Below are positions 10,146 to 18,949 of a DNA stretch of 38,086 nt, in pieces. Numbering within the stretch: the stretch's first letter is position 1; the number at the start of each line of letters is the position of its first letter. The notes beneath the pieces are model-generated. The model saw nothing but the letters and a program-made list of their open reading frames with translations. It was not told the DNA's origin and did no database searches. A program made the translations under genes and the position numbers. Source of the stretch: a virus (lineage: Duplodnaviria > Heunggongvirae > Uroviricota > Caudoviricetes); IMG/VR virus record IMGVR_UViG_2684622669_000016, positions 1-38,086 of that record. The stretch is one strand, 5' to 3'.

Positions 10146-10712
10146 TCAGGGAGATTCATTGCTCTTATTTGCCGGAAATTTTCGATAAATGGTAGAAACG
10201 CCTACATCAAAAATCAGTGCAATACGCTGTCTTGATTCTCCGGCCTTGAGTAAACGCCCAATCTGTGCCCACTGTTCGCTGGTCAACTTAGGACGGCGTC
10301 CACCTACTCTGCCTTTGGCACGAGCTGCAGCCAGCCCTGCCCTGGTACGTTCAACTATCAGTTCGCGTTCCATTTCAGCCAGGGCACCCATGACATGAAA
10401 AAAGAAACGGCCCATTGGGGTACTGGTATCAATACTGTCAGTCAGACTTCGGAAATTCACGCCGCGCTGGCGCAACTCTTCTATCAGCGTAACAAGATGC
10501 CGCATACTGCGTCCCAACCTGTCCAGCTTCCAGACAACCAGCGTGTCTCCTGCCGATAGTGTCCTGAGTAGTTTTTTCAGCCCCGGTCTGTCGGACTTAG
10601 TGCCACTGATTTTGTCCTCAAAAATCCGCTCACATCCCGCGCAGTTCAGTGCATTACGTTGCAAATCGGTGTTCTGGTCATTTGTTGACACGCGTACATA
10701 GCCAATAAGCAT
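10146..10712 (-). CDS. serine DNA invertase (Gin/Hin/Pin/Cin family)
   Basis: 189 aa from the ATG at 10712 (MLIGYVRVSTNDQNTDLQRNAL...); catalytic Ser within YVRVST; C-terminal HTH; adjacent to tail-fibre segments. Confidence 0.9.
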   Translation of the reverse strand: MLIGYVRVSTNDQNTDLQRNALNCAGCERIFEDKISGTKSDRPGLKKLLRTLSAGDTLVVWKLDRLGRSMRHLVTLIEELRQRGVNFRSLTDSIDTSTPMGRFFFHVMGALAEMERELIVERTRAGLAAARAKGRVGGRRPKLTSEQWAQIGRLLKAGESRQRIALIFDVGVSTIYRKFPANKSNESP

Positions 10713-10767
10713 GATCAATCCCCTGAATAAAAACCGGGGATGATGCCAGTTAGCCATTATCTCTGCA

Positions 10768-10793
10768 TTTTCATAAACGTTGGTTTGGGAGAA
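10768..10793. repeat. gix/hix-like inversion crossover site (right)
   Basis: ttttcataaacgttggtttgggagaa; its reverse complement matches 12151-12176 at about 21/26; 12-2-12 architecture with central AA/TT like hix/gix. Confidence 0.7.
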
Positions 10794-11174
10794 GCGGCAA
10801 AACGGAATATCGGTGCTGGAGCCAATCAAGTCCCCGACATGTCCTTTTTTACATCAGCAAAGGGTGATAACGGATACTTTTCCTTACCGGACGGCACTAT
10901 TGTGCAATATGGAAAAGCCACAACGATAAGAAATAATGAAATTAGCCTGGTAACTTTGCCATTTTCCTTTCCCACAAAGTTCTCTCAGGTACTGATAACC
11001 CATGATGATGCCGCAACTACAAATGCAGTTGCTTTTGGCGCCGCCACTCCAAAAACTGTTTCAACATTTCAGGTTGTCGTGCAGAAACTAGATTTTAATA
11101 CCGCCACTGGAGCTGTCACATTACGAACCACTGCTTCACCGTGCTACTTCCGTTATATCGCAATCGGGAGCTAA
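10768..11174 (+). CDS. alternative (silent) tail-fibre C-terminal segment
   Basis: Reading frame continues through the crossover site (…INVGLGEAAK-RNIGAGANQ…) and shares GLGEAAK with H at the other crossover site; would fuse to the H constant part after inversion. Confidence 0.7.
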
Positions 11175-11178
11175 TTTT

Positions 11179-11403
11179 ATGCAAAACAAATACAGTCCAT
11201 CTATGAATACGTTCTTTATGGCTGAATTTATGCGTCGTTACGAACAAGCTGGTACATTGCCTGATGATGCAATAGAGATACCCGATGAAGTATTTAAAGA
11301 ATACACAGGGGAACCACCGGACGGAATGATGAGGGTTGCGGGTAGTGATGGTCTACCCGCATGGGCAGAAATTATTTACACTCAGGAACCATCGGCCAGA
11401 TGA
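11179..11403 (+). CDS. alternative tail-fibre assembly protein, apparently truncated (74 aa)
   Basis: N-terminal Tfa-like region (…GSDGLPAWAEI…) but no conserved C-terminal Tfa domain; 3' end collides with the 3' end of G. Confidence 0.5.
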   Translation: MQNKYSPSMNTFFMAEFMRRYEQAGTLPDDAIEIPDEVFKEYTGEPPDGMMRVAGSDGLPAWAEIIYTQEPSAR

Positions 11404-11827
11404 TATCAGGAGCACTGGAGGTATCAATCAGTTCCAGTGCGTCCAGATAATCCAGCCACAGATTATATTGCGCCAGTTCCTCACCTTTCAGACGCCCGAT
11501 TGCTGCTTTGCCGGGCCACTGCTTGCTATTCATATAATCGTTGGCCTGGTCAATTCTCGACTGCTTTTCTGAGTCAGCCACTGCAAGTTGTTCTTCATGC
11601 GTAGGTGGCGGAAGATCTACCCAGCAAGGCAACCCATCATCACCAATGCTCCGCACTTTACCTTCGGGAGCTTCTCCCATGAAAACCAGCGCATCGGCAG
11701 CATTTATATTGATGCCGTCTGACGGCCATGTGCCAGCAGTTAAATAATCATCTTGTAGTGCTACAAGATAAAAAGCATTTTCAGCCGGGCTGAATACATA
11801 GTCGACCATTAATATCCCACTCCCCAT
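11372..11827 (-). CDS. G: tail-fibre assembly protein (P2 G-like)
   Basis: 151 aa; C-terminal motif …QYNLWLDYLDALELIDTSSAPDIIWPMVP typical of the caudoviral tail-fibre assembly domain. Confidence 0.85.
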   Translation of the reverse strand: MGSGILMVDYVFSPAENAFYLVALQDDYLTAGTWPSDGININAADALVFMGEAPEGKVRSIGDDGLPCWVDLPPPTHEEQLAVADSEKQSRIDQANDYMNSKQWPGKAAIGRLKGEELAQYNLWLDYLDALELIDTSSAPDIIWPMVPECK

Positions 11828-13212
11828 ACTGCCACTGTTGAATTAGATTTCGTATATGCGCAAGCGGCTTTGAATTTGACCCGGTCAACAATCGCTGCGC
11901 TAACAAAAGGAGCTCCATTAGTCGCGTAGATCACAGAATTGACCAGCGAAGGATTGATGGAAAGGCAAGCATTAGGAAAGGCAACCGGCCATGAGTCATC
12001 AACAACGACCATATTACCGTCGGTAGATTGCGGCACTGATACCATCTTCCACTGAAGCAGTGCTGTTCGTTGTACTCCACCAATTAATACTGGAATAGTG
12101 ATGTTACCTGCACTGCTGGCCAATGCTGTTGCAGCAGGCATTTTTGCCGCTTCTCCCAAACCAAGGTATGTGAGAAGACCAGCTACATCCTTTCCACTCA
12201 AATTAGTCAGCGTATTGTCCAGCGGTTGTTTACCTGCCAGTGCATTAAGCATTGTCGTGGCAAAGTTCGGGTCATTCCCCAGCGCCGCCGCCAGTTCGTT
12301 CAGTGTATCCAGTGCCGCAGGTGCAGAACCCACCATTGCCGCAATCGCCGATTTCACAAAAGCCGTAGTGGCAATCTGTGTATTGTTGACCGACTGCGCC
12401 GCCGTGGGGGCTGTTGGCGTTCCGGTGAGTGCCGGACTCGACAGTGGCGCTTTCAGTGCCAGCGCATTGTTAATGGTGGTACTGAATTTCGGATCATTGT
12501 TAATGGCTACGGCTATTTCTTTCAGCGTGTCCAGCGTGGCTGGAGCACCATTAATAAGAGCCGTCAGTGCCGCCTGAACAAACGCGGTGGTCGCAACCTG
12601 CGTGGTGTTATTCCCCGCCGCTGGCGTTGGCGCTTTGGGGGTTCCGGTAAACGTCGGACTTTCTTTGGGTGCATACTGTGAATGCGGGTCCGGTGCGGCA
12701 AGATGTTTTGCCATCAGGTCATCCACGTACACCTTCAGCTCCAGTGCCTTGTCATCCACATACTTGCGGGTTGCCAGCACTACGGCAGGGTCGATTTTCA
12801 GGGTGATATTGTCCGTGCTGCTGGTAATCAACACCATACGCACGGTCTGGGTACGCCCGCTGCCTTCAGCCAGTTGCGGCTTATAGCTTTCCGGGCAGTT
12901 GCCCACGGCAATCAATGCCCCGGACTCATCAAACAGGCCCACTTCACGTATCCACCAACCGCCCTCGTTTTCAGGGATCACCTGTTCAGCAATAATCTGG
13001 CTGCTGTTCTGCGGGTCGATATAGAGCATATTCAGCGCAGCCCGGCGTTTCTCATTTACTAATGCTGTCTGCTTTGCGTTCGGCGTTGGCAATGTTCCGC
13101 CGCCATCGCCGACCGCCATATGGGTAATTTTTAAAGGCACACCGAGCGCGGCGGCGCTGGCAAGTTTCTCCGCGCCAATATCCGTCAGCAGGGTATAAAA
13201 TTTTGTGCTCAT
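11809..13212 (-). CDS. H: tail-fibre protein H (constant N-terminal part plus currently expressed variable C-terminus)
   Basis: 467 aa; N-terminus resembles P2 gpH; crossover site embedded at the GLGEAAK codons. Confidence 0.9.
   Translation of the reverse strand: MSTKFYTLLTDIGAEKLASAAALGVPLKITHMAVGDGGGTLPTPNAKQTALVNEKRRAALNMLYIDPQNSSQIIAEQVIPENEGGWWIREVGLFDESGALIAVGNCPESYKPQLAEGSGRTQTVRMVLITSSTDNITLKIDPAVVLATRKYVDDKALELKVYVDDLMAKHLAAPDPHSQYAPKESPTFTGTPKAPTPAAGNNTTQVATTAFVQAALTALINGAPATLDTLKEIAVAINNDPKFSTTINNALALKAPLSSPALTGTPTAPTAAQSVNNTQIATTAFVKSAIAAMVGSAPAALDTLNELAAALGNDPNFATTMLNALAGKQPLDNTLTNLSGKDVAGLLTYLGLGEAAKMPAATALASSAGNITIPVLIGGVQRTALLQWKMVSVPQSTDGNMVVVDDSWPVAFPNACLSINPSLVNSVIYATNGAPFVSAAIVDRVKFKAACAYTKSNSTVAVWGVGY
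12151..12176. repeat. gix/hix-like inversion crossover site (left, inside H)
   Basis: ttctcccaaaccaaggtatgtgagaa; inverted repeat of 10768-10793. Confidence 0.7.
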
Positions 13213-13814
13213 GGATTCACTCTCATTGTGTCAATAACATGGACCGCCCCGCCTTCATGCGCGGTGCCGCCAGAAATAATTGTTTCGTTGATATACGGAT
13301 AGATCGTGATTTCTTCGCCAAGATAGCTGGCGGCTCCCACCCAATGCGGGCCGCTGGTCTGCAGGTTGATGGACATGCCGATCATGTGACGGCTACATGG
13401 TTTGGCATCGCTTATCAGTCGCTCAAGTTCCAGATAGGTATCTTCAGTGATGCCCTGGTCCTGCACGCCGATATCCAGGCGAAACGTGCCCGGTGTCTCT
13501 CCGGTCTGCCACCACTCAATAATGCGGATCAGAAAGCCGAACGGCTCCACCACCCGCCGCACGGCACTGGTGGTCCCTTTATGCTGATGAATATAAAAAG
13601 CATCCTTCACCACCTGGCGCTTGACGCTTTCTGTCCAGCCCTCGTCCCAGCGATCCACAGAGAACGCCCAGGCGAGATAAGGCAGGAAACTGACCGGACA
13701 GGTTGCCGGATTCCACAAGTCACGCAGCGGCACCTGCAGATCAGTAATCCCGCTGCAGGTTTGCGCCAGTCGGCGCTCCAGTGAAGTTGAACCCGGTGGC
13801 AGCAGACTATTCAT
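13209..13814 (-). CDS. I: baseplate assembly protein I
   Basis: 201 aa; …LPYLAWAFSVDRWDEGW… resembles P2 gpI. Confidence 0.85.
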   Translation of the reverse strand: MNSLLPPGSTSLERRLAQTCSGITDLQVPLRDLWNPATCPVSFLPYLAWAFSVDRWDEGWTESVKRQVVKDAFYIHQHKGTTSAVRRVVEPFGFLIRIIEWWQTGETPGTFRLDIGVQDQGITEDTYLELERLISDAKPCSRHMIGMSINLQTSGPHWVGAASYLGEEITIYPYINETIISGGTAHEGGAVHVIDTMRVNP

Positions 13815-14715
13815 CCGTTCCTCCGTTGGTTACGTGCCACTGCGTACATGATGCCGCCTGTGTTTTGTTCAGGACCACATCCGCCAGAGGAGAAGCCAGC
13901 TCCACACGCTGCACACCCTCAACATGCAGGGCGGCAAAGATGGCGCTACGGCGAATATCCCGACCAAGACGCGTCTGACTGGCGATGTACTTCTGCAGGC
14001 TGACTTTTGCCGCTGCCATTACCGGCTCTGCTTCCGGTCCCGGATAAAGAAAAATGGTGGCTTCCACTCGGTACGGGATGATTTCTGCGCTGCGAACCGT
14101 CAGACGGTCAGCCACCGGGCGGACGTTCTCACTGTTCAGGGCGTTCTCCACCACATCCAGCAAGTCTTTTTCTGCTGTTCCGTCGCCTTCGCGGCTAAGG
14201 ACAGTCAGCACCACCTCTGCAGGTGCCGGACTGGTTGCACTGGCATCCGCCACCCGACCGTCGGCGCTTCGTGCATGAAACTCATAAGCGGCAGTTGGCC
14301 CCGCAACAGAAAGCCCTTCAAAGGCTGCAGGCACACGCAGGCGTAATGCTTCATCATTTTCCATCACAGCCGCAACGGGCGGTACAGCGTCATCATCAGC
14401 AGGTGTCACCGTCAGGCGTTTCACGTTGTAGTTAGCAGCGAGCTGGTCAAGATCGCCGCCCATCGCGTAAGCCACCATCACCGCCTGCGCGGCTTCGTTA
14501 ATGCGCTGGCGCAGAAGCAACTCACGATAAGCGTTCTCCTGCAACAATTTGGTAACGGGTTCAGATTCCAGTTCCAGCGTGCGGATCACTGCTTCCTGCT
14601 CATCTTTCGGATGAAGCGCCACAAATTCTGCCTTGCGTTCGGCAAGCAGCGTCTCAAAGTCCGGCACATCCACAATCTGCGGCGCAGGCAACTGCGAAAG
14701 GTCAATCACTGCCAT
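13807..14715 (-). CDS. J: baseplate assembly protein J
   Basis: Start taken at the ATG at 14715 (MAVIDLSQLPAPQ…), matching the P2 gpJ N-terminus; overlaps the W 3' end by 14 nt. Confidence 0.85.
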   Translation of the reverse strand: MAVIDLSQLPAPQIVDVPDFETLLAERKAEFVALHPKDEQEAVIRTLELESEPVTKLLQENAYRELLLRQRINEAAQAVMVAYAMGGDLDQLAANYNVKRLTVTPADDDAVPPVAAVMENDEALRLRVPAAFEGLSVAGPTAAYEFHARSADGRVADASATSPAPAEVVLTVLSREGDGTAEKDLLDVVENALNSENVRPVADRLTVRSAEIIPYRVEATIFLYPGPEAEPVMAAAKVSLQKYIASQTRLGRDIRRSAIFAALHVEGVQRVELASPLADVVLNKTQAASCTQWHVTNGGTDE

Positions 14716-15061
14716 TCTCTGCTCCTGTTGATACGGAAAGGGAAACAGGCACACCGTTATTACGCCGCCCGGTCAGCGCCACCACCATTGAACCGTCAAA
14801 ATGGCTGTTGATGGTGATGGAATCCAGCGTCAGCCGTGGCTCCCAGCGACTCAGCGCCACATACACTGCCGACATGACCTGCAGGCGTAACGCCGGATTT
14901 TGTGGCTGGTCTATCAGTGCCGACAGCAGGGAACCATATTCACGGCGAGCAATGCGGCTACCCTGCGGCGTCAGCAGAATGTCCCGCACCGACTGGCGCA
15001 GATGGTCAATATCAGTAATGGCTTTACCGCTGGTATTGTTCATCCCGCTATAAAGCGTCAT
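14702..15061 (-). CDS. W: baseplate protein W
   Basis: 119 aa; position and size as P2 gpW. Confidence 0.85.
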   Translation of the reverse strand: MTLYSGMNNTSGKAITDIDHLRQSVRDILLTPQGSRIARREYGSLLSALIDQPQNPALRLQVMSAVYVALSRWEPRLTLDSITINSHFDGSMVVALTGRRNNGVPVSLSVSTGAENGSD

Positions 15062-15636
15062 ACCGGGCCTCCGGTTGTGTCGCCGCCTTTCAGGACGCCA
15101 GTATGCTGATGCGCATCAACCTCGATCCCGTTAGAACTCATCGCTCCGCCGCCCTGGGTAACGCCACCATTGATCACCACTTCGCTGTTAATGCGCGTGC
15201 GGTCAGCCTCCAGTACAAACTCACTGGTTTTCATGGTGATGTTGTCAGCGGCCTCAATGACCATTGATTTGATGCCCCTGACATACCAGCGCCCGGTGGC
15301 GGGTTCGTATTCAAACCAGCCACCGTCAGGATGTTCTGTCACACAGGCGTCCGCCGACGTCGACGGTGGCGCGAACTGATTCGAATAGATGGCGGGTAAC
15401 GCAAAGGCGGTTTCCAGATTGCCGCCCAGACTCAGCAGCACCACCTGCTCACCTTCCGATGGTCGCCACCATGTGCGGGCATTCCCGGCACGCAGCGTCA
15501 GCCAGCTGATCCAGTTAGTTTCAAGCTCGCCCGTTTTCACCCGGCAAAGCCAGTTTTCCCGGTCCACTTCGGTGACTACACCTGTGCGGATCAGGTTGGT
15601 GATAAGGCGCATGATTTCGGTTAATTGTGCGTTCAT
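15058..15636 (-). CDS. V: baseplate spike/assembly protein V
   Basis: 192 aa; resembles P2 gpV. Confidence 0.85.
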   Translation of the reverse strand: MNAQLTEIMRLITNLIRTGVVTEVDRENWLCRVKTGELETNWISWLTLRAGNARTWWRPSEGEQVVLLSLGGNLETAFALPAIYSNQFAPPSTSADACVTEHPDGGWFEYEPATGRWYVRGIKSMVIEAADNITMKTSEFVLEADRTRINSEVVINGGVTQGGGAMSSNGIEVDAHQHTGVLKGGDTTGGPV

Positions 15637-15682
15637 AGGGAAAGGTTGCCATCAGGGGAAGAAAGGCGGCAGTGCTGCAACT

Positions 15683-15700
15683 TGTATCAGTGCTGATACA
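15683..15700 (-). promoter_or_regulatory. late-promoter activator dyad (TGT-N12-ACA) upstream of the V operon
   Basis: tgtatcagtgctgataca, near-perfect palindrome between the S stop and the V start. Confidence 0.5.
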
Positions 15701-15704
15701 AAGA

Positions 15705-16151
15705 TCACCCCGCCAGCCATTGCAGAATCATGTCGCGGGTCATTGCCTCAACATCATCATTTACACCCAGAAGGCGACGCTCTGCGTAACGGACCTCCGG
15801 TCCTTTGCGGCTGACGCGATCACGCAGGCCATAATGGTGAACGCGGGCAATGCTCTGCACCTTACCTTCAAACTGTACGCTGGCAGAATCCGCGCTGGCG
15901 GCGGTTTTCAGGTATTTTGTGGTGCGCAGCTTTGCAAACATCTGACGTTTGATGCGCCCTTTTTTACTTCGTGCTGTTACCCGTCGCGGCTCATAGCTGC
16001 TGCCGTCAGGGTTGCGCTGCATCCTGATATTCTGCTGCTGTGTCCGGCGCAGTTCCTGCGCCAGCTGGCGCATCATGCGGCTTCTGGCGGCTGGCTCCAG
16101 ATTCGCCAGCAAAGCACTCAGCCAGTCGTCCACCTTCTGCAGTTCAGCCAC
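15705..16151 (-). CDS. S: tail completion protein S
   Basis: 148 aa; order and size as P2 gpS. Confidence 0.85.
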   Translation of the reverse strand: MAELQKVDDWLSALLANLEPAARSRMMRQLAQELRRTQQQNIRMQRNPDGSSYEPRRVTARSKKGRIKRQMFAKLRTTKYLKTAASADSASVQFEGKVQSIARVHHYGLRDRVSRKGPEVRYAERRLLGVNDDVEAMTRDMILQWLAG

Positions 16152-16596
16152 GTTTCACCGTCCACATTTCTTCAGGTTCATCGGGTTCCGCTACAGCTTC
16201 AACGCTCGACACACTGCCGTCAGTGCTGACCAGCACACGTTCCGTCAGTTGCAGGTTCAGGCTGATATCACAGACATCGTTGCGCAGAATATCCACCTCA
16301 AAGGTGAATAGTTTTTCCCGTAACGCCGGGTTATTGATGGCATCGGGCTGGTTATCCCTCAGCCACAGCAAAACCGGGGCCATCAGCAGATTCTGGTCGC
16401 CGCTGAAATCCTCAATCACCGCGTTCAGGGTGTAACGGTACTCCCACGACATGGAGCTGGCCCCCGTGGCAACCAGCGAACCGTTATCCACAAACAGATG
16501 CAGTTTGTCCGGGTTATTGCGGACATAAGGCACCGCTTTATTGAGGGCGTGGCGCAGGGATTGTGGTTTGTTCACTGTTTCGCTCCTGACACGCAA
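16144..16596 (-). CDS. R: tail completion protein R
   Basis: 150 aa; …RYTLNAVIEDFSGDQNLLMAPVLLWLRDNQPD… resembles P2 gpR. Confidence 0.85.
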   Translation of the reverse strand: MRVRSETVNKPQSLRHALNKAVPYVRNNPDKLHLFVDNGSLVATGASSMSWEYRYTLNAVIEDFSGDQNLLMAPVLLWLRDNQPDAINNPALREKLFTFEVDILRNDVCDISLNLQLTERVLVSTDGSVSSVEAVAEPDEPEEMWTVKRG

Positions 16597-16828
16597 TAAT
16601 CATGTCCACTTTGTCTGCACAGACCGCCCAGGCGGCCTCCGTTTCATCCAGCAACGCGTCCAGATCACCGTTAGTGCGCGGCGTTGCCTGCTCCAGCCGA
16701 CACGGCGTCACTCGCGGACAACCACTGACGGTAAGCTGCACCTCCGGTGAGTGTCGGACGTTCCCGCAGCCGGATAATGTCAGCAGGCAAAGGAGTATCA
16801 GCCCAGCGGCGTAAATCCTCGTTCTCAC
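16538..16828 (-). CDS. lysC: LysC-like outer-membrane lipoprotein spanin (Rz1-like)
   Basis: 96 aa with lipobox LTLSGC; begins inside lysB in another frame and extends past it. Confidence 0.7.
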   Translation of the reverse strand: MRTRIYAAGLILLCLLTLSGCGNVRHSPEVQLTVSGCPRVTPCRLEQATPRTNGDLDALLDETEAAWAVCADKVDMIIACQERNSEQTTIPAPRPQ

Positions 16829-17099
16829 GTTTCAGCTCCTCGATCCGGTGTTGTCGTTGTCTCAGCAGCGCGCTGGTCTGTTCTGCTTCGGCATAGAGCC
16901 GCGCCTGCTCCCGGTTATTGGTTTCAGTCAGAATGGACAGGCTAATAAGCTGGCTGTTGCTCTTTGCCAGTGCCTGGCTTTTGCTCTGCAGCTCGTCTGA
17001 CTGCGTGCTGATGGTCTGGCTGGCATCAGCCAGCCGCCACGTCTGCCAGCCCAGCGCCGCCAGTAATAACGCCAGCACAACCAGCAGCAACCGGTTCAT
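16671..17099 (-). CDS. lysB: LysB-like inner-membrane spanin (Rz-like)
   Basis: 142 aa; N-terminal transmembrane helix then a coiled-coil region. Confidence 0.75.
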   Translation of the reverse strand: MNRLLLVVLALLLAALGWQTWRLADASQTISTQSDELQSKSQALAKSNSQLISLSILTETNNREQARLYAEAEQTSALLRQRQHRIEELKRENEDLRRWADTPLPADIIRLRERPTLTGGAAYRQWLSASDAVSAGAGNAAH

Positions 17100-17473
17100 G
17101 CTGCTACCTGTTGCGCCATCTGATTACGGGTGATCCAGAAGGCAATAACGGTCAGCAGATAAAAGACCAGGGTAATAGCCCACCCCGTCCAGGCGAGACT
17201 TACGACAATCAGCAATCGCATCACCCAACTGATAAATACGTTTTCTTTTCGGGTAATTGTCTTCAGCAAAGATGCCCTTAACTCCTGCCAGAGCGGGCTA
17301 TTCTTAATTAACGCAGCCAGTGCTACCGGAATTACCGCCCATGTCAGCAAACAGGCTACCCAAACGCCGGACGCTGCCAGTACCGGAAAAATCCCCTGCG
17401 GATACACCATTGCTGCGATTAACAACGCCATCCATAACATCAGAAACAGTCCGCTGATTAATTTCTTTTTCAT
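17096..17473 (-). CDS. lysA: LysA-like membrane protein (lysis timing)
   Basis: Start taken at the ATG at 17473 (MKKKLISGLF…); about four predicted transmembrane helices. Confidence 0.7.
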   Translation of the reverse strand: MKKKLISGLFLMLWMALLIAAMVYPQGIFPVLAASGVWVACLLTWAVIPVALAALIKNSPLWQELRASLLKTITRKENVFISWVMRLLIVVSLAWTGWAITLVFYLLTVIAFWITRNQMAQQVAA

Positions 17474-17474
17474 T

Positions 17475-17987
17475 TCAGTTTGCTCCCTGTAAACACCAGG
17501 CCATCTCCCGCGCACGGCGGTTATCCAGCCCCTGATTAAACACACCTTTTACATAAACCCAGCGCGGCAACTGTCGGCACGCATCCGCCCAGCGCCGCTG
17601 ATTGAGCAATTTCACCAGCGTGGAGCTGCAGGCATTGCCTGTCCCCACGTTGAAGGCAAACGACACCACCGAGTCATACACCTTTTGTGGCGGCTGTTGC
17701 TTCACACATCTTTCCAGCGCCCGCTCCACACGCAGCACGTTGGAGATAAGCCCTTCTGCTGCCTGTCGTTCCGTAATGGTTTTGCCGGGAATGACGCCCG
17801 ACGTATTACCAATGCCGTCAGTCCATACACCCGCGCTGCACTGATACGGCTGCAGACGACAGCCTTCGTAATCGGCAATCAGTTTCAGTCCTTCCACGGA
17901 GGTGTGAAGCTGCTGAAAACCCGGCAGCGTGGCAGCAATAGCCAGCACGGTCCCGACAAGGCAGCGTTTAACGATTGATGGATTCAT
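17475..17987 (-). CDS. K: endolysin with N-terminal signal-anchor-release (SAR) domain
   Basis: 170 aa; hydrophobic N-terminus (CLVGTVLAIAATLPGF) then EGLKLIADYEGCRLQPYQCSAGVWTDGIGNT, like P1 Lyz / phage 21 R. Confidence 0.85.
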   Translation of the reverse strand: MNPSIVKRCLVGTVLAIAATLPGFQQLHTSVEGLKLIADYEGCRLQPYQCSAGVWTDGIGNTSGVIPGKTITERQAAEGLISNVLRVERALERCVKQQPPQKVYDSVVSFAFNVGTGNACSSTLVKLLNQRRWADACRQLPRWVYVKGVFNQGLDNRRAREMAWCLQGAN

Positions 17988-18183
17988 AGTCCTCCCGCGT
18001 GATCTGCCCGTCGCGCAGAAGCTGGTAGGCTTTGTGTTTGTAGTACCAGTTGATAGCCAGCATCAGCACACCGATCATCAGGCCGCCCAGCGTTGAGGCA
18101 TCCTTGATGGACAAATCGCCCAGCCAGGCCAGCACGACGGCGATGCAATACGTGATAAAGGCGCTGATTCGCTCAAGCGTCAT
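17968..18183 (-). CDS. Y: small two-helix holin, possibly pinholin-type
   Basis: 71 aa, two hydrophobic helices and a charged C-terminal tail; immediately upstream of the endolysin gene. Confidence 0.75.
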   Translation of the reverse strand: MTLERISAFITYCIAVVLAWLGDLSIKDASTLGGLMIGVLMLAINWYYKHKAYQLLRDGQITREDYESINR

Positions 18184-18186
18184 AAT

Positions 18187-18390
18187 TCAGTCCCATAGCT
18201 GGACGGTCTGCACGGTGGTGGTTGTCGGAATGTCCGGCAGCTCCACCTGCAGCCCGTGAGGTAAAAAGGGGCCATATTCGGCAAGCCCCGGATTTGCCTT
18301 CAGTACCTGCTCCGTGACACCCTGCGTGCGCCCGTAATGACGCCAGCAAAGCGCGTCCACCGTGTCATACTGATGCGCACGCACTTTCAT
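18187..18390 (-). CDS. X: tail protein X
   Basis: 67 aa; MKVRAHQYDTVDALCWRHYGRTQGV… resembles P2 gpX. Confidence 0.85.
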   Translation of the reverse strand: MKVRAHQYDTVDALCWRHYGRTQGVTEQVLKANPGLAEYGPFLPHGLQVELPDIPTTTTVQTVQLWD

Positions 18391-18917
18391 CAGATAAGCT
18401 CCACTGTGCAGTGCGGCGCGTCCTGTACCCGGCTGATGGCCCAGCGGGCGTCACGCCATAAATCACCGCTGGCTTCCGCCAGTTCCTCGCCCCGCTTCAC
18501 ACCGGATGCCGTGGCGTCATAGTCCTGGTAACGTTCGTTGAGCATGGCGCGTGCCCAGCAGTAAACCGCGTTGAAATAGTGCTGAATGCGCTCACTTTTG
18601 CCGTCCAGCTGTTCCGCCGGAACCTCTGCCAGCGAGGCATACCCCAGCATCTGCTGGCGTCTGCGAAACTCATACAGCTCTGCGTTGACCTCCGAAATTG
18701 CCGACAGCGCAACCTGCTTTAAACGCGGCTGCGTCACCGTGCCGTCAGTGCGCATGACACTGCGAAACTCCGACAGGTCCACATCAGGCCAGAACGGCGT
18801 ATTTCTGATGATTTCCGCCTGTTCCGGTGCCTGTTCTGGCGCAACAAACTTCATGCTGCTTTCTCCTGAAATAGAGGGCGGTGGACGGGGTTTTGATGTG
18901 GCAGTGCCTTTCGCCAC
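18390..18917 (-). CDS. L: head completion/stabilisation protein L
   Basis: 175 aa; C-terminal …DLWRDARWAISRVQDAPHCTVELI resembles P2 gpL; the true start could be the internal Met 21 codons in. Confidence 0.85.
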   Translation of the reverse strand: MAKGTATSKPRPPPSISGESSMKFVAPEQAPEQAEIIRNTPFWPDVDLSEFRSVMRTDGTVTQPRLKQVALSAISEVNAELYEFRRRQQMLGYASLAEVPAEQLDGKSERIQHYFNAVYCWARAMLNERYQDYDATASGVKRGEELAEASGDLWRDARWAISRVQDAPHCTVELI

Positions 18918-18949
18918 CCCGTGCCGCCCGTGCGCGGGGGCACGTTCTG

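Noticed and set aside
10146-10712. Serine recombinase considered as a transposon resolvase marking a separate mobile element
   Set aside because: Its size (about 189 aa), its position beside tail-fibre segments, and the flanking in-frame gix-like inverted sites fit a Gin/Hin/Pin-type invertase.
12098-13062. Several plus-strand ORFs (12098-12577, 12226-12681, 12587-12886, 12682-13062) antisense to tail-fibre gene H
   Set aside because: Antisense shadow ORFs with Arg/Cys-rich junk composition; H on the minus strand has clear P2 gpH similarity.
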